A stretch of 63,971 nt of DNA, filler included, from Mitosporidium daphniae (GCF_000760515.2; 9 parts of 9 records of this genome joined end to end with filler, not necessarily neighbours in it), one strand, 5' to 3'; positions 1-10,637 are shown, numbered from the whole stretch's first letter. The notes: a model not told the origin generated them from the sequence alone. A program made the numbers and translations.

Positions 1-218
1 ACGATGTTTACCATGTGCTCATCAGAAAAACACTCTTTCTTCAAATTGTAGTCTATGGTGAACATGGTAGTAGCATGTCCCTTCGCTTCAAAAGAAAGGG
101 CTGCGTTCAGGAATAAGCGAGTCGAGCCCGACATACCCTCGAAATTAGGATGGATTATGGCGATGCGCAGGGGCTTCTCTAGTGGCTTTGCTTCACGTTG
201 GGGCTGTTTTGGCGGCAT
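1..218 (-). CDS. ALG2: ALG2-like GT4 mannosyltransferase, N-terminus (runs off window start)
   Basis: Manual translation, absent from the ORF track: MPPKQPQREAKPLEKPLRIAIIHPNFEGMSGSTRLFLNAALSFEAKGHATTMFTIDYNLKKECFSD. Parallels the Alg2 N-terminus [46 protein letters not shown]. Confidence 0.65.
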   Translation of the reverse strand, partial: MPPKQPQREAKPLEKPLRIAIIHPNFEGMSGSTRLFLNAALSFEAKGHATTMFTIDYNLKKECFSDEHMVNI

Positions 219-826
219 CGTTCCAAGTAATCCAAATTAGGAATGGTAGAAGGGTAAATTTTAAAGCGATTTACTTGGTGGAAATGCGACCAATAGCTGC
301 GTGTCATCTGCTCTTAATTTTACGCAAGTGCGATAAACCGGGCCGATGCCAGGGTAAACACAAAGTTGGTGACTACCGGCAGGGGTAGGATTAGGTGGCA
401 CATATTTTATACAAAATTAATGACATTTGCGGTGTCGTAAACCGTTCTGATGACAATGAAAAAATTGTCTTTCTCGCCCTCAAAGTGCATATATTTAAGG
501 TCGTTTTCCAAGAAAACCGCATCTTTTGGGGCATCCTCGGAAACCCAAATTGCTCTCCAGCCGCATCGAAGAGCCCCATAAATGTTTGACAAACTGTCGT
601 CAATCAACACCGGAAAATGACCCTGCGGAGTAGAGGCGATTTTCGTAACGGCCCTGAAAAGGCTGAGTTGTGGCTTGCAAAGAAAATTTGGCACATAATA
701 ACCACAAAAAGCGATAAAAGTTATAAGTAATCGCATAAGCCTCAATTTGGCGCATTGGTTAATACAAATCGGCGATCGATCCAACTTCCATTAATAAAAT
801 TTGGTATTTGATCTCAATTTTATAAA

Positions 827-1488
827 TCAAGTCTTAAAGTGCTGTTTTAAAAGCTCAAGGGCCTTGCTGCGATGCGAAATCTTATTTTTCTGTTCCTTTG
901 TAAGCTCAGCGAACCTATATGAAAAGCAGAATTAAAACCAAACGATTTGTCGTCGCTTTCATCTGGGATGAATATGGAGTCCCAGCCAAATGAAGTAATG
1001 CCCTTTGGAGATAGAGCAATCTTTCCACGACATCGCCCTTGAAATATCAATGGCTCTTGCTCAGCAGAAAAGCAATACGCAAAAGTTGAGATAGCCTCTG
1101 CAGATCTAGTGGCAAATCCATCAAGGAGCCTACAGATTCCTTGGCATAAGAACATTGCGTAGGATACCTTCTGGCCCGTTCGCCAAGAGGAACCATTTAA
1201 TATAAGGCCCTGACGATGAAAAACAAGAGCCAACCTGGTAGTTCGCCTCCAAATGCAGAAAATGTAAGGCTAGTGTCATCAGTGAGCACGGGCCTCCCAA
1301 TAATCTTGAATGCCTCCTTTGACTTTGCCACAGCAATATCCCTTATGCAGCCCTGCATTTCAGGAACTATCGTTAACCAATTCAAGAGTACTATCCAAAG
1401 AGATGGCATCAACTTCAAGAACACCATTCAGAATTTGCTGAAGCTCGCTAAGTTTATTTGCATTCCCAGTAGCAAAAGCGATTCTCAT
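827..1488 (-). CDS. HAM1: Inosine triphosphate pyrophosphatase (Ham1/ITPA), several short introns
   Basis: MRIAFATGNANKL, PEMQG, VLTDDTSL...LPG/PYIKWF, FGWDSIFIP, and KNKISHRSKAL after removing a 29-nt GT-AG intron. Confidence 0.93.
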
Positions 1489-1624
1489 GGAATCTGGTAA
1501 TCAAATAAACGGGACTCTTCAATTAGTTTTCATTCGGGTAGGGTTTGAAATGGTAAAATTTAATAAATAAGCAATATGTGAATATCAGGGTGGAGGAGAG
1601 CGGTTTTTTAACATTTCACCACTA

Positions 1625-2368
1625 ATGTCCTCTCTCGCGACCGTACACCCACATCCAGAACAATCGCCACAAGCTGCGTTCAATAAGTTGCTTGAGATCG
1701 AAGGGTCTCTCGATAGTATTGACACCCAGCGCTCAATTGAGATCGCCAACATCTTTGCAAACTATGATGAGAAGAAGCTGCCATTTTTACAAAAGCGGGA
1801 TGCCATCATCAAGGCGGAAATCCCCGCTTTCTGGAGCATTGCTTTTAGAAACCATCCTGTTCTTGGCACACTTCTCGAAGAGGAGGACATTGCAGTCTTC
1901 TCATATCTGTCCTCTATCACTGTAGAGAAGATCAGTAGCAGTGGCGAAGGAAAACGGATTATCTTTACCTTTAATGCCAACCCCTACTTTTCTAATGCTA
2001 CTCTTGTTAAGGAAATTAACGAAGAGGAAGGCACCAAAAACTATCCAATTGACTGGCTTCCTGGCATGGTATAAATGTGATTTATTATTCAATAGAACCT
2101 GATTGAGCCGACACAGGGCAATCAGAAGCGACGCCACACGGCCACAGCCTCCTTCTTTGCATGGTTTTCTGACGAAGATCGTGAGGTTGCAGATATAATT
2201 GCTACGGAGCTATACCCAAACGCCATCAAATACTACTCAGGAGAGTATTCACAGGAGGAGATTGATGATGATGACGAGGATCTAGAAGAAGATGAGGATG
2301 ATGAGGATGAAGATGAGGGAGAGAATGAGGAAGATGAGGAGGAGGAAGATTCTGAGGGCGAGGAATAG
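1625..2368 (+). CDS. NAP/SET-family histone chaperone (Vps75/SET-like) with acidic tail; intron 2069-2095
   Basis: KRDAII..EIPAFWSIAFRNHP, FTFNANPYFSNATLVKE, IDWLPG, then SFFAWFS and a D/E-rich C-terminus in exon 2. Confidence 0.9.
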
Positions 2369-2505
2369 TAACCACAATGGGCCTAGTAACAAATAAATGC
2401 CAACACTAATGTCGATACCCACGGATGCCAAATGGCGCAATAAAATTAGCAATCAGTTGGTCGGCTTGTTGCTTTCATCATCGTGCCAATGTCACGTCGA
2501 TCCGG

Positions 2506-4899
2506 CTACTCGATACCAAAACCTTCGGACTCGACAATGGCGTTTGTGAGCAAACGTCGAAGAGTCTCCATATCTGGATATCCCTTGTGCAAGCAGAGCT
2601 GGTTGAAGCATGTCCGCCCAAGCGGGCGGTATTCGCCTCCACTGAGATTCTTCCAACTTGCATCTCTTCCCCAGAGACGAATAACCCAAGGGCCCTGTTG
2701 ATTTGGCATGCCGGAATGGCCAGCAGCACCAGCGGCAGCCAGGGCAGCAGGGAGACGTCCAACACCCGTTACAAAGATGAGGAACTTGCGTCGCATTTCA
2801 GCAGAGTATGAGGTGAGAATATCCCAAAACCAGAGAGAAACTGGATGCTCGGCCGACAAGTATCCCTCATAGAGTGCAACGGAGCGTAAAAGATCGATAC
2901 TGATCTCTGCAGGATCCCCAGAAAGTAGCTGCTTTAACTCTTGCGGCGAAAGCAGCGCAATTGTCGAACCGCTGAGTGTAGAGTAGAACGAGTCTCGAAA
3001 CTTTGTCCAGTGGTTTCCTGGACGATGATGGAAGATATGTTCAAGATAAAGTGAGATGAAAATTTCGCGATTCTCCCCCGTAACAGCGATTTCGGATCCA
3101 CGATTGGTAAGATCGATAATTTCTCTCTTTTCTGGGCCTGGTTTGGAAAATCCAGCAGTGAATTGAAGCTGAAAAACATCTTCAACCTCTGCTTCCCCGT
3201 GATAATCCAACAGCTGGCCAAGGCCGCGGGCAAGGGTAGGCGCAATTTCCCAGAGATCATCCAACGTGATAGAGGACATAGATTCCCCGTGTGCTGAAAC
3301 GCATGCCGGTGGATTTGTGTCCGGGGAAAGCAATTTTTTGAAGAGTGCAAATGGAAGTCTATGGTCAAGTACAATTCCATTGTTCAAGGAGAGCCCTAGG
3401 ATTGTCCCAAGTAGATGCACCAGTTCAAATACCCCTTGACTGCAATTTTCACCACTGTGGAACCAGACACAGGGTGCGTTCAGTTCAAATCCACAAATAT
3501 CTGCCTGAAAAAGACCAAGGGTAGGATCCATCAGTGCATGTATAAGAAGCTGCAGCCATTCACGAAGCAAGCCCCCAGCATCGATTCCAGGCTCACCTTG
3601 AAACTCTACCTTGATCCTCCCACGAAGCTGTGGGGGGCTTGCATTGAGTAATTGGATAATGGACGCATGGAGCATCTCTCTCAGCGGTGATCGAGGAATC
3701 CTTACCACAAGAGGAATAGGGTATCCTGAAGCATATCCATTTGGGAAAAGCTCAGACTCCAGTAGCCTAGACTTGATTCCCAATGAGATAATTCCTGGGT
3801 GGTTGGCAAGAAGCATCTTTTTTTCTCCAAATAAGCGGAGCTGGCCCCGTGAAGCTAATAAATTTTTCAAAGACACTGAGCAGGTAGTCTGGTGCCAGTC
3901 CGCCAAAATAACCTCAATCGGAATCAAGTCGATGGCCATACTATAAAGTTCTGAGGGCTCCATTCGATAAACCCGTCCATTAGACTCTGAAATCATTTGC
4001 AGCATATAAGCGCCTGCAAGGATCACCCAATCGCCAGCAATTATTTTGGCCTTTGCCTTTGCAGAGCTGCAATTAGCACTAGAGATCCTTCCAATTCGCA
4101 CATTGAGGGTCCAATTTGCAAGCTCCGCTAGTCGCCTTAAAAGTGGCAATGGAAGCGCGTCGAGAATTTTATTCAATATAGACGTGGAGGAAGCCGTTGA
4201 TTTGAGGGCTTTTTCTTCCGAATGTGCCTTCCCTTTAGGAATTTCTTTTAGTGATTTTGCATGCAGCTCGATTTTATGTTGAAAGTCTTTTTTTCTTTTC
4301 CAGCAGGCCTGTCTTAAAAGCGAAAAGAGGCGTCTTGCAAGTGAGTGGTGAAAAGTGCCCTCCATCGACAATCTCTTCCTGGAGAGAAAAGGGGTCAGAA
4401 GGGCCACCAAAATCCACCTCACTGGGCTCGCTTCCTGTTCCATATTTAGCACACCAGGCCGTCTGACCAAATGGTCAAGAGAGGCCATCAGTGTTTGAGT
4501 AAAAAACGAGCACTTCATCTCAGTGAGTTGAAAGTAAAAGTTATTAAAAGATTCGCTATCGATTATCGTCTTATAATCATGATCACTTTGAGTCCTTCTT
4601 GAAAATGCTAGCCCCAGAACAAATGACGATGAGAATCCCGAAAATAGAATAGAGCGACCCTCTTCCAAATCTCCGCTTACATGAGCGGCTATCAGAGCAG
4701 AAGTAAACTCTGCCGTTCCTGGAATAAGACTTTTGTCGATCGATACTGAGAACTGTGAAGTATACATGTGTGTAAGTGAAAGGTCCGTAATGGTTTCACA
4801 TACGCAGCATAAAAAGCAGTCCGAATATGGAAAGGCGTTTATGGTCCCGCAACATACACATGAGTGTCTGCGTTTTTTCTTTTTTTCCCGTTTTTTCAT
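2506..4899 (-). CDS. HECT E3 ubiquitin ligase (Hul4/HECTD2-like) with N-terminal Cys cluster
   Basis: IKVEFQGEPGIDAGGLLREW, FWDIL...RRKFLIFVTG, catalytic TCFNQL, terminal EGFGIE. N-terminal CxxC...CxxCxT. Confidence 0.9.
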   Translation of the reverse strand: MKKREKKKKRRHSCVCCGTINAFPYSDCFLCCVCETITDLSLTHMYTSQFSVSIDKSLIPGTAEFTSALIAAHVSGDLEEGRSILFSGFSSSFVLGLAFSRRTQSDHDYKTIIDSESFNNFYFQLTEMKCSFFTQTLMASLDHLVRRPGVLNMEQEASPVRWILVALLTPFLSRKRLSMEGTFHHSLARRLFSLLRQACWKRKKDFQHKIELHAKSLKEIPKGKAHSEEKALKSTASSTSILNKILDALPLPLLRRLAELANWTLNVRIGRISSANCSSAKAKAKIIAGDWVILAGAYMLQMISESNGRVYRMEPSELYSMAIDLIPIEVILADWHQTTCSVSLKNLLASRGQLRLFGEKKMLLANHPGIISLGIKSRLLESELFPNGYASGYPIPLVVRIPRSPLREMLHASIIQLLNASPPQLRGRIKVEFQGEPGIDAGGLLREWLQLLIHALMDPTLGLFQADICGFELNAPCVWFHSGENCSQGVFELVHLLGTILGLSLNNGIVLDHRLPFALFKKLLSPDTNPPACVSAHGESMSSITLDDLWEIAPTLARGLGQLLDYHGEAEVEDVFQLQFTAGFSKPGPEKREIIDLTNRGSEIAVTGENREIFISLYLEHIFHHRPGNHWTKFRDSFYSTLSGSTIALLSPQELKQLLSGDPAEISIDLLRSVALYEGYLSAEHPVSLWFWDILTSYSAEMRRKFLIFVTGVGRLPAALAAAGAAGHSGMPNQQGPWVIRLWGRDASWKNLSGGEYRPLGRTCFNQLCLHKGYPDMETLRRLLTNAIVESEGFGIE

Positions 4900-4959
4900 A
4901 AAATATTCCTACAGGAAATAAACGGCTACGAAAGGACATGATTGTTATTGCAATTGATT

Positions 4960-5079
4960 GGAATTAGTCTCGACCAATGGAATTAGTCTCGACCAATGGA
5001 ATTAGTCTCGACCAATGGAATTAGTCTCGACCAATGGAATTAGTCTTGGCCAATGGAATTAGTCTTAGCCAATGGAATT
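4960..5079. repeat. 19-bp minisatellite (GGAATTAGTCTCGACCAAT) x6 plus a partial copy
   Basis: Four exact copies then two with substitutions, between the ORM stop and the HECT start. Confidence 0.95.
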
Positions 5080-5121
5080 CAAAATTTTGCATCAATTTTT
5101 ACAATTTATTTTTGCATAATT

Positions 5122-5661
5122 TTAGGACACCAATTTGGAGTTGTAAATTTTTGGGAGAAGAACTAAAAGCGTTGACGTGAAATTCAAGGCAAAGGCAAGC
5201 ATGCCATAGCGTGAGTTGTGCGCGCTAAGTAAGAAGAGCGCAATTGGGAGTACAATTAAAAACCGCTTTGTCCTTGCTGCCTTGATGGCTGATCGCCTTG
5301 TTCCCCCGATAACACTGTCGGGAATCTCTCTCGGAGAGAGCTGGGGAGAACCGCATATTACCCGCTTCTTTTTGGTTCTTAGTCCTATTGGCCCTTCCTC
5401 TTCTGCCGCTTCTAATTGTTCCCAAAGCGTGAGGCATGCATATTCGCCCTGAATTCCAGCATCGTCGAACGGAACCCCTTTAATCCTGTGGAAAAAGACC
5501 CAGCAGACGACGTTGAAAACAACAGTTGTTAGCGTCCAAGATGCCTCAACTCCAACTATATTTGCCGAGAATGTTAGCTTAAGGAAGATAACCAGAACCA
5601 GGCTTGTTACCCAAATTCCTCTCTGGCTAAGCCAGGCCGCATTTGGGTTTTGCCTTTCCAT
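5122..5661 (-). CDS. ORM1: ORM/ORMDL negative regulator of serine palmitoyltransferase
   Basis: NPNAAWLSQRGIW, SWTLT, FFHRIKGVPF, QGEY..LTLWEQL, RFLIVLPIALFLLSAH, LLPK: the ORMDL signature throughout. Confidence 0.93.
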   Translation of the reverse strand: MERQNPNAAWLSQRGIWVTSLVLVIFLKLTFSANIVGVEASWTLTTVVFNVVCWVFFHRIKGVPFDDAGIQGEYACLTLWEQLEAAEEEGPIGLRTKKKRVICGSPQLSPREIPDSVIGGTRRSAIKAARTKRFLIVLPIALFLLSAHNSRYGMLAFALNFTSTLLVLLPKIYNSKLVS

Positions 5662-5743
5662 GTTAAAAATTTTGGTTTGATAGATCTATCAAACATCAGT
5701 CAAAACAAAATGAATAGAGTATTTTGTGAACCTTATTTTTACT

Positions 5744-6022
5744 ATGACCGAATTTTACCCAGATTATGTGCCAAAAAATAAAGGCCGATCTGAAAACCGC
5801 AGTTTTTTGAGTGCAATGAAGCGTGGTTATTTGAGGCTCGAGCTTGCCACCTCTTTTTACATGCTCGAACCGATGGAAAAAATTGTTGCATATATGATTC
5901 TGTTTTTCCTTTTGGCAATTCTACTGCATCATTCGGTTACCATATGGCATTTTATAAAATACTTTGCCAGGGGTTTGTTTTCCGTCTCGCTATCATGTAT
6001 TGAAAAGATCAAGGCCGGATAA
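5744..6022 (+). CDS. Serine palmitoyltransferase small subunit (ssSPT/SPTSS-like)
   Basis: YLRLELATSFYMLEPMEKIV followed by one TM helix matches the ssSPT motif YQY.LVTALYMLEPWE[RK]. Confidence 0.8.
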   Translation: MTEFYPDYVPKNKGRSENRSFLSAMKRGYLRLELATSFYMLEPMEKIVAYMILFFLLAILLHHSVTIWHFIKYFARGLFSVSLSCIEKIKAG

Positions 6023-6164
6023 ATACCCAATGTCGAGTCAACCTACGATTTGATAAATGGAGTTAGCACAACTTTAGTCCACGAAAACGAATTCGGGATT
6101 AATAAACTTTAATTTTGCTGCAAGAATTTAATTTTCACCGGTGGTGGTCCCCATATGATATTCG

Positions 6165-7158
6165 ATGTTCAGGCATCTACCTAATTCCAGGCTGCTCCCC
6201 ATCGGAAAACATGGGGCTTTCAACTCAGACGACATCGTGAACAATTATTTCTTTGATTCCATAAACCTTAATGGCATACTTTCTGTATTTAAGCCTTCCC
6301 TCCGAATTACAAATCCATTTGTTTACAATTTACATACCAAATTATGGTCGGCATACTGCAAGTCTCATCCAATTTCTTTCGGAAGCGAGGGTGCGCAGCG
6401 GAACGCTTCAAAACGGCATATTCTTTCTGTTTTGGGCAAAATTGGACACGGTGGAACCTTGGATCCAATGGCACAGGGTATAGTCGTCGTTGGGCTGGGC
6501 TCCGGTACTAAAAAGCTAGGAACTCTATTGCAAGGCCCCAAGGTACAGATGTTTGAAATGTTAACGTCAATAGTCCTATACGGCAATCATGAAATTGGGC
6601 GAAGGTACCGATACCCTTGATGCCACTGGAAATATAGTCGATCGCTCGGAATCTCTTTCTCGTGACATATTTGACCCAACTAGGCTTCAGGATGTGGTTA
6701 GGAAATTTATTGGCCACAATATCCTCCAAGTCCCGCCAAAGTACTCACTTTTCATCTCTTATCGTCCCAGGTTTTCAGCATTGAGAGTTAATGGAACGAG
6801 GGCATGCGACTTGATGAGGAGGGGAATTGAGATTCCCGACTTGGATGCCAGGCCCGTTACCATTAATAGTATTTCGATTGTCAATGTTGACCCTCCTTTT
6901 ATTACACTATCTGTTGACTGCATGGGGGGCACATATATTCGATCGCTAGTGCGAGATATTTCGGCAGAGCTCGGCACGTTTGGCATGCTCACTTTTCTTG
7001 AAAGAACCAGAATTGGGCCCTTTCACATCCAGGATTCCATTAGGGATCTTTCTATCTTCGAGCATGATTTGGAAGCGGTAAGGAAAATTTCGGAGCAAGG
7101 AGCACTCCTGCTCGATGAGTATATTTATTCAAGACAGCACACAAATGTAACTATATAA
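6165..7158 (+). CDS. PUS4: TruB-family tRNA pseudouridine synthase (Pus4-like); introns ~6543-6573 and ~6741-6770
   Basis: KIGHGGTLDPMAQG, LGEGTDTLDATG, QVPPK/FSAL, GGTYIRSLVRDI, LERTRIGPF. Confidence 0.92.
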
Positions 7159-7160
7159 AG

Positions 7161-7511
7161 CTATTGTGGACACAAAGCAAATTCCAAAAAGTTGTTGTGC
7201 GTGTTAATGATTGACTGTGCCAAGTCCCAATTTTTACAATTTGACAGTATTCCGGCAACAGATTCAAGGTCACTAATGTAAGTTTGATTGCACGCTTCGT
7301 CGTCAGATTCTATTAATATCCTGTTATCTGGCATTTCCAAAATAAGTCGATGCAGCTTCGCCAGTGGAAGTCTTCCTGACAGCCTTTGAGAAACGCCAAG
7401 AAATACATTGGTATCTTCCCCAAAGGCATTTCGCAGCTGGCGAAGCTGGGTCAGGGAGCCTGTAAAGGAATGCAGAGAAATCGAAGGGGGTCTACAAAGA
7501 GGAAATGCCAG
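7161..7511 (-). CDS. TatD-family metallohydrolase/DNase, C-terminal part (5' end lost at contig edge)
   Basis: Manual translation, absent from the ORF track: PPSISLHSFTGS...VFLGVS...MPDNRILIESD...LESVAGILSNCKNWDL..THNNFLEF. Confidence 0.75.
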   Translation of the reverse strand: MAFPLCRPPSISLHSFTGSLTQLRQLRNAFGEDTNVFLGVSQRLSGRLPLAKLHRLILEMPDNRILIESDDEACNQTYISDLESVAGILSNCKNWDLAQSIINTHNNFLEFALCPQ

Positions 7512-7611
7512 NNNNNNNNNNNNNNNNNNNNNNNNNNNNNNNNNNNNNNNNNNNNTTAATTAATTAANNNNNNNNNNNNNNNNNNNNNNNNNNNNNNNNN
7601 NNNNNNNNNNN
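7512..7611. other. Artificial contig-join spacer (44N-TTAATTAATTAA-44N)
   Basis: Linker with stops in all six frames. Identical spacers at 14914-15013, 22305-22404, 29666-29765, 37015-37114, 44364-44463, 51673-51772 and 58769-58868. Confidence 0.98.
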
Positions 7612-7925
7612 AAGACGTCCGAGAGCTTCTTCATTCAGCTAGTATTGCCATGGGGGCTAATGGTATGTTGACGTCATCCACTGCGATCTCAACAATTGCG
7701 ATTGCGCCGTCTTCTCTATTGCATTCTGTATTGGCACTTTCCTCTGCACCGGTTGATCAAGAGGCTTCTATTATTGATGCACCTGTTGTTGGTTTTGTTA
7801 TCGTATCCGATGTTGATGAAACCAGAGGGCGGCTAACGCTGACTGCACCTGCTCCCGGACGTCTTCCAAAGTCTTTTTTAATTTGGTCCCCATCCTCTTC
7901 CCTTAAGTGCGCAATGCTCAAGTAG
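7612..7925 (+). CDS. CLP1: Clp1 (mRNA cleavage factor / polynucleotide kinase), C-terminal fragment
   Basis: LLHSVLALS...IIDAPVVGFVIVSDVDETRGRLTLTAPAPGRLPKSFLI is the Clp1 C-terminal domain. Confidence 0.82.
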
Positions 7926-9536
7926 TACGCCACGGGACCCTTTAAGTTAACTATGCACCTGTTTCCGCCACATATCTATTAAAATACAGCGGTACAATGT
8001 AAAATATTAGTACTTTGTAATCTGGAAAGTTTGCCTGTGTTTTTATCTCGGATACCTTTATGGATATTTTTGATGAGCATGCGTCTGGCGAATAACTTCA
8101 GTTTAGAACTGCGTCTTCTTTTGGGAGAATGGCATCCCTATGTCAATTGTTAATGTTCCGAAGAGTATCATCCTATTAATTGGGATTACAATCCTTTTTT
8201 GCGGAATCATCTCTTCTTTGTTAGAACGCCAATCGGTTTATTTTTACTCGGCAACTTATCATTCCGCTTCTTCTACAACAGCTTAGAACTTTGATGGATT
8301 GTGTTTCGAGGAACATATATACTGGCTGTACTTGTGCAAAGGTTCTCAACATCAGCTCGTCTTCACTTTTGGCAAACTTGGGTTTAAATTCTGGATTTCA
8401 GTTTCCTCTCCAAAGGGTCTCTTCAGACTTGATAGTCCTTCAACAATATCAATTTAATATATGAGTACTTTGTAGCTTCCGTGTTGCCAACGCAACAGAC
8501 CAGCCCTTAATGTGTTACAGATTCTCTAAAAATTTTGACAAAATTTTATGCCTTTCAGGTCCTGTTAGTTTTGGCCTTTCATTAACAGCAAATGATCTTT
8601 TTTACAGGGCAGATTAGATCCCAAGTTATGAGAACTCTATTTTATTTGAGATAACTCTAAGACACTATATTCACACCATGGCGATGCATTTAGCATTCAA
8701 TATAGCCCGCTTCGTCCATTTTCTCTGCCATTTTCTTTTTTCCTCGTGCTTACTGATGTCATTTGGCGAGTTGCGATGAATTTTAGCGAATTTATGCGAG
8801 GGGTTGTATTTCTAGCAACTTCCTTTTTCAGAAATCGCATCGCTTCAACTGAGTTAATTGTAAACAACATGACTTCTGAATCAATTTTATCATCGACTGT
8901 GATTCCATTTATAACAGCTACGATTCCTTTTACCAAATATGCTTCTGCCTCCAAACTTTTGTTTATCTTTTCTTGTATTTCGATTATTCTGGCGAGTGCC
9001 GCGAACCTGCATGGGTATCTTTGCAAATGTTCACCATTATAGCGCTTTGGGTTTTCAATTTTCTTAAAACTTCATTCCCAATTCCATAAATATAGATTTT
9101 GACGAAAAATCTGCAATACGAACCACTAGAGATCTCAACACTCAAAGCCAATCCTCTTTAGATCTTGATAATCCTCATATTTGTATTGCTTACTGTGACT
9201 GCAGCTTGCAATGAGGCAATCTTTTCCGATCTACTCCTGCATTCAATTTCGCCGACCTGCGTATTTTATGATCTTTGTTTTCTATTTTTGATCTATGCCG
9301 TTGTCTTGCAATTAGACACACGCCGACTCGCAGATATCTGCAAAAAGAGAGGGGAAAAGATTGCATAATCATCAAGTGAATAAAACAAATTATTATCTTT
9401 GCTTTGCATATGCCACATAGACGGCCATTTAACTAAAGGAGTTAAGGAGCTCCTTTGCGGTTAGTTAAACCCATCCATCGTGCACATCGGCAATTATTAC
9501 GATGCAGCTTTAAATTTTAAAATATCACACACTTGG

Positions 9537-10253
9537 ATGGGCTTTACCGCTTTGCCACCTAAGCTACTTGCACATGTTTCACTTTCTCCGCTAAAACAGC
9601 CTCAAGCATGGGTCAGAAGGTTTCAAACATTCGATCCCATCGGTATCAAGCCTCTTCCATCGTCTTTGTTTGCTTGCCCCATCAGACCAGACCTAATTCA
9701 ACGGGTTACTGTGTGGTATAGAACCGGGATCCGATCAGGAACCGCCTGCACTAAAGAGCGAGGTGATGTTCGTGGCTCGATTCGAAAACTTTATGCCCAA
9801 AAAGGAACAGGTCGGGCCAGAGTGGGTGCTTCTAGAACTAACAAGCGCGTTGGGGGTGGTATTTGCTTTGGTCCCAAGCCTAAAGATTGGGCTTTTCATA
9901 TGCCCAAAAAAATACTCTCTATCGCTTTTCGTTCAGCTTTATCAGCAAAATATTTGCAAAACGAGTTAGTTATTATCAGCCCTACTTCTCTTAAAGAGAG
10001 CAATTCCATTTCAAGCATTTTAGCCTCTGTATATGGTAAATATTCTGGGAGTCGCATTATGATTTTGGACTCAAAACCGCCCACTTCTCACATTGCGGAC
10101 CAAATCGCCCAATTAGAAAACATTGTGATTATGTCGCCTAGAGACAACGTCAATGCATATCATTTACTAGATAACAAGCTTCTATTTATCACAACTAGAG
10201 CGATAAGCTTCTACTCCAGAATCCATAATGACAACCATCTTGTTGCCAAATAA
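9537..10253 (+). CDS. Mitochondrial ribosomal protein uL4m
   Basis: [52 protein letters not shown]: bacterial-type L4. Confidence 0.92.
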   Translation: MGFTALPPKLLAHVSLSPLKQPQAWVRRFQTFDPIGIKPLPSSLFACPIRPDLIQRVTVWYRTGIRSGTACTKERGDVRGSIRKLYAQKGTGRARVGASRTNKRVGGGICFGPKPKDWAFHMPKKILSIAFRSALSAKYLQNELVIISPTSLKESNSISSILASVYGKYSGSRIMILDSKPPTSHIADQIAQLENIVIMSPRDNVNAYHLLDNKLLFITTRAISFYSRIHNDNHLVAK

Positions 10254-10321
10254 ATTAATCAATTCACAATTTTATTGATGACAAAACAGAAAAAAACCGG
10301 CTCAATCAAGCTGATTAATTA

Positions 10322-10533
10322 TTAGGCTCGCTCTGCGCTTAATTTAGTGGCTGCAGCCTTTTGCTGTTTTTCTCTCATTTTCTCAGCATCGCTAGAGGTA
10401 ATCATTGAAGAGCATACGCTGTCTTTTTCTGTTCTAAGCTTTGGCCAGGTTTAAGAGTTGTGCCCCCATTTGCAGATTGTTGTTTCTTCAAAGCCCTCAT
10501 TCTGGCCAATTCTCGTTGATTACCTCGTGTCAT
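10322..10533 (-). CDS. SERF: SERF / small EDRK-rich factor (4F5); intron 10392-10417
   Basis: Manual splice, absent from the ORF track: MTRGNQRELARMRALKKQ...LEQKKTADAEKMREKQQKAAA. Confidence 0.9.
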
Positions 10534-10637
10534 TTTTGTGGTACGTTAACGAAAGATAAAATTTAAAATTAAATTAAATTAAATTAAATTATCAATTTGA
10601 TCAGATCAAAGTTTAGACAATTCTTAAATCTCAATCA

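Noticed and set aside
4960..5079. CRISPR-like array
   Set aside because: Units are contiguous with no unique spacers, the context is eukaryotic, and no cas genes are present.
7556..7567. Periodic TTAATTAATTAA palindrome as a biological element
   Set aside because: Always centred in N runs of fixed length; it is a six-frame-stop assembly linker.
8000..9400. Stop-codon reassignment as an explanation for broken ORFs
   Set aside because: Conserved genes here end in TAA, TAG and TGA, and breaks in them are explained by short introns; decay is simpler.
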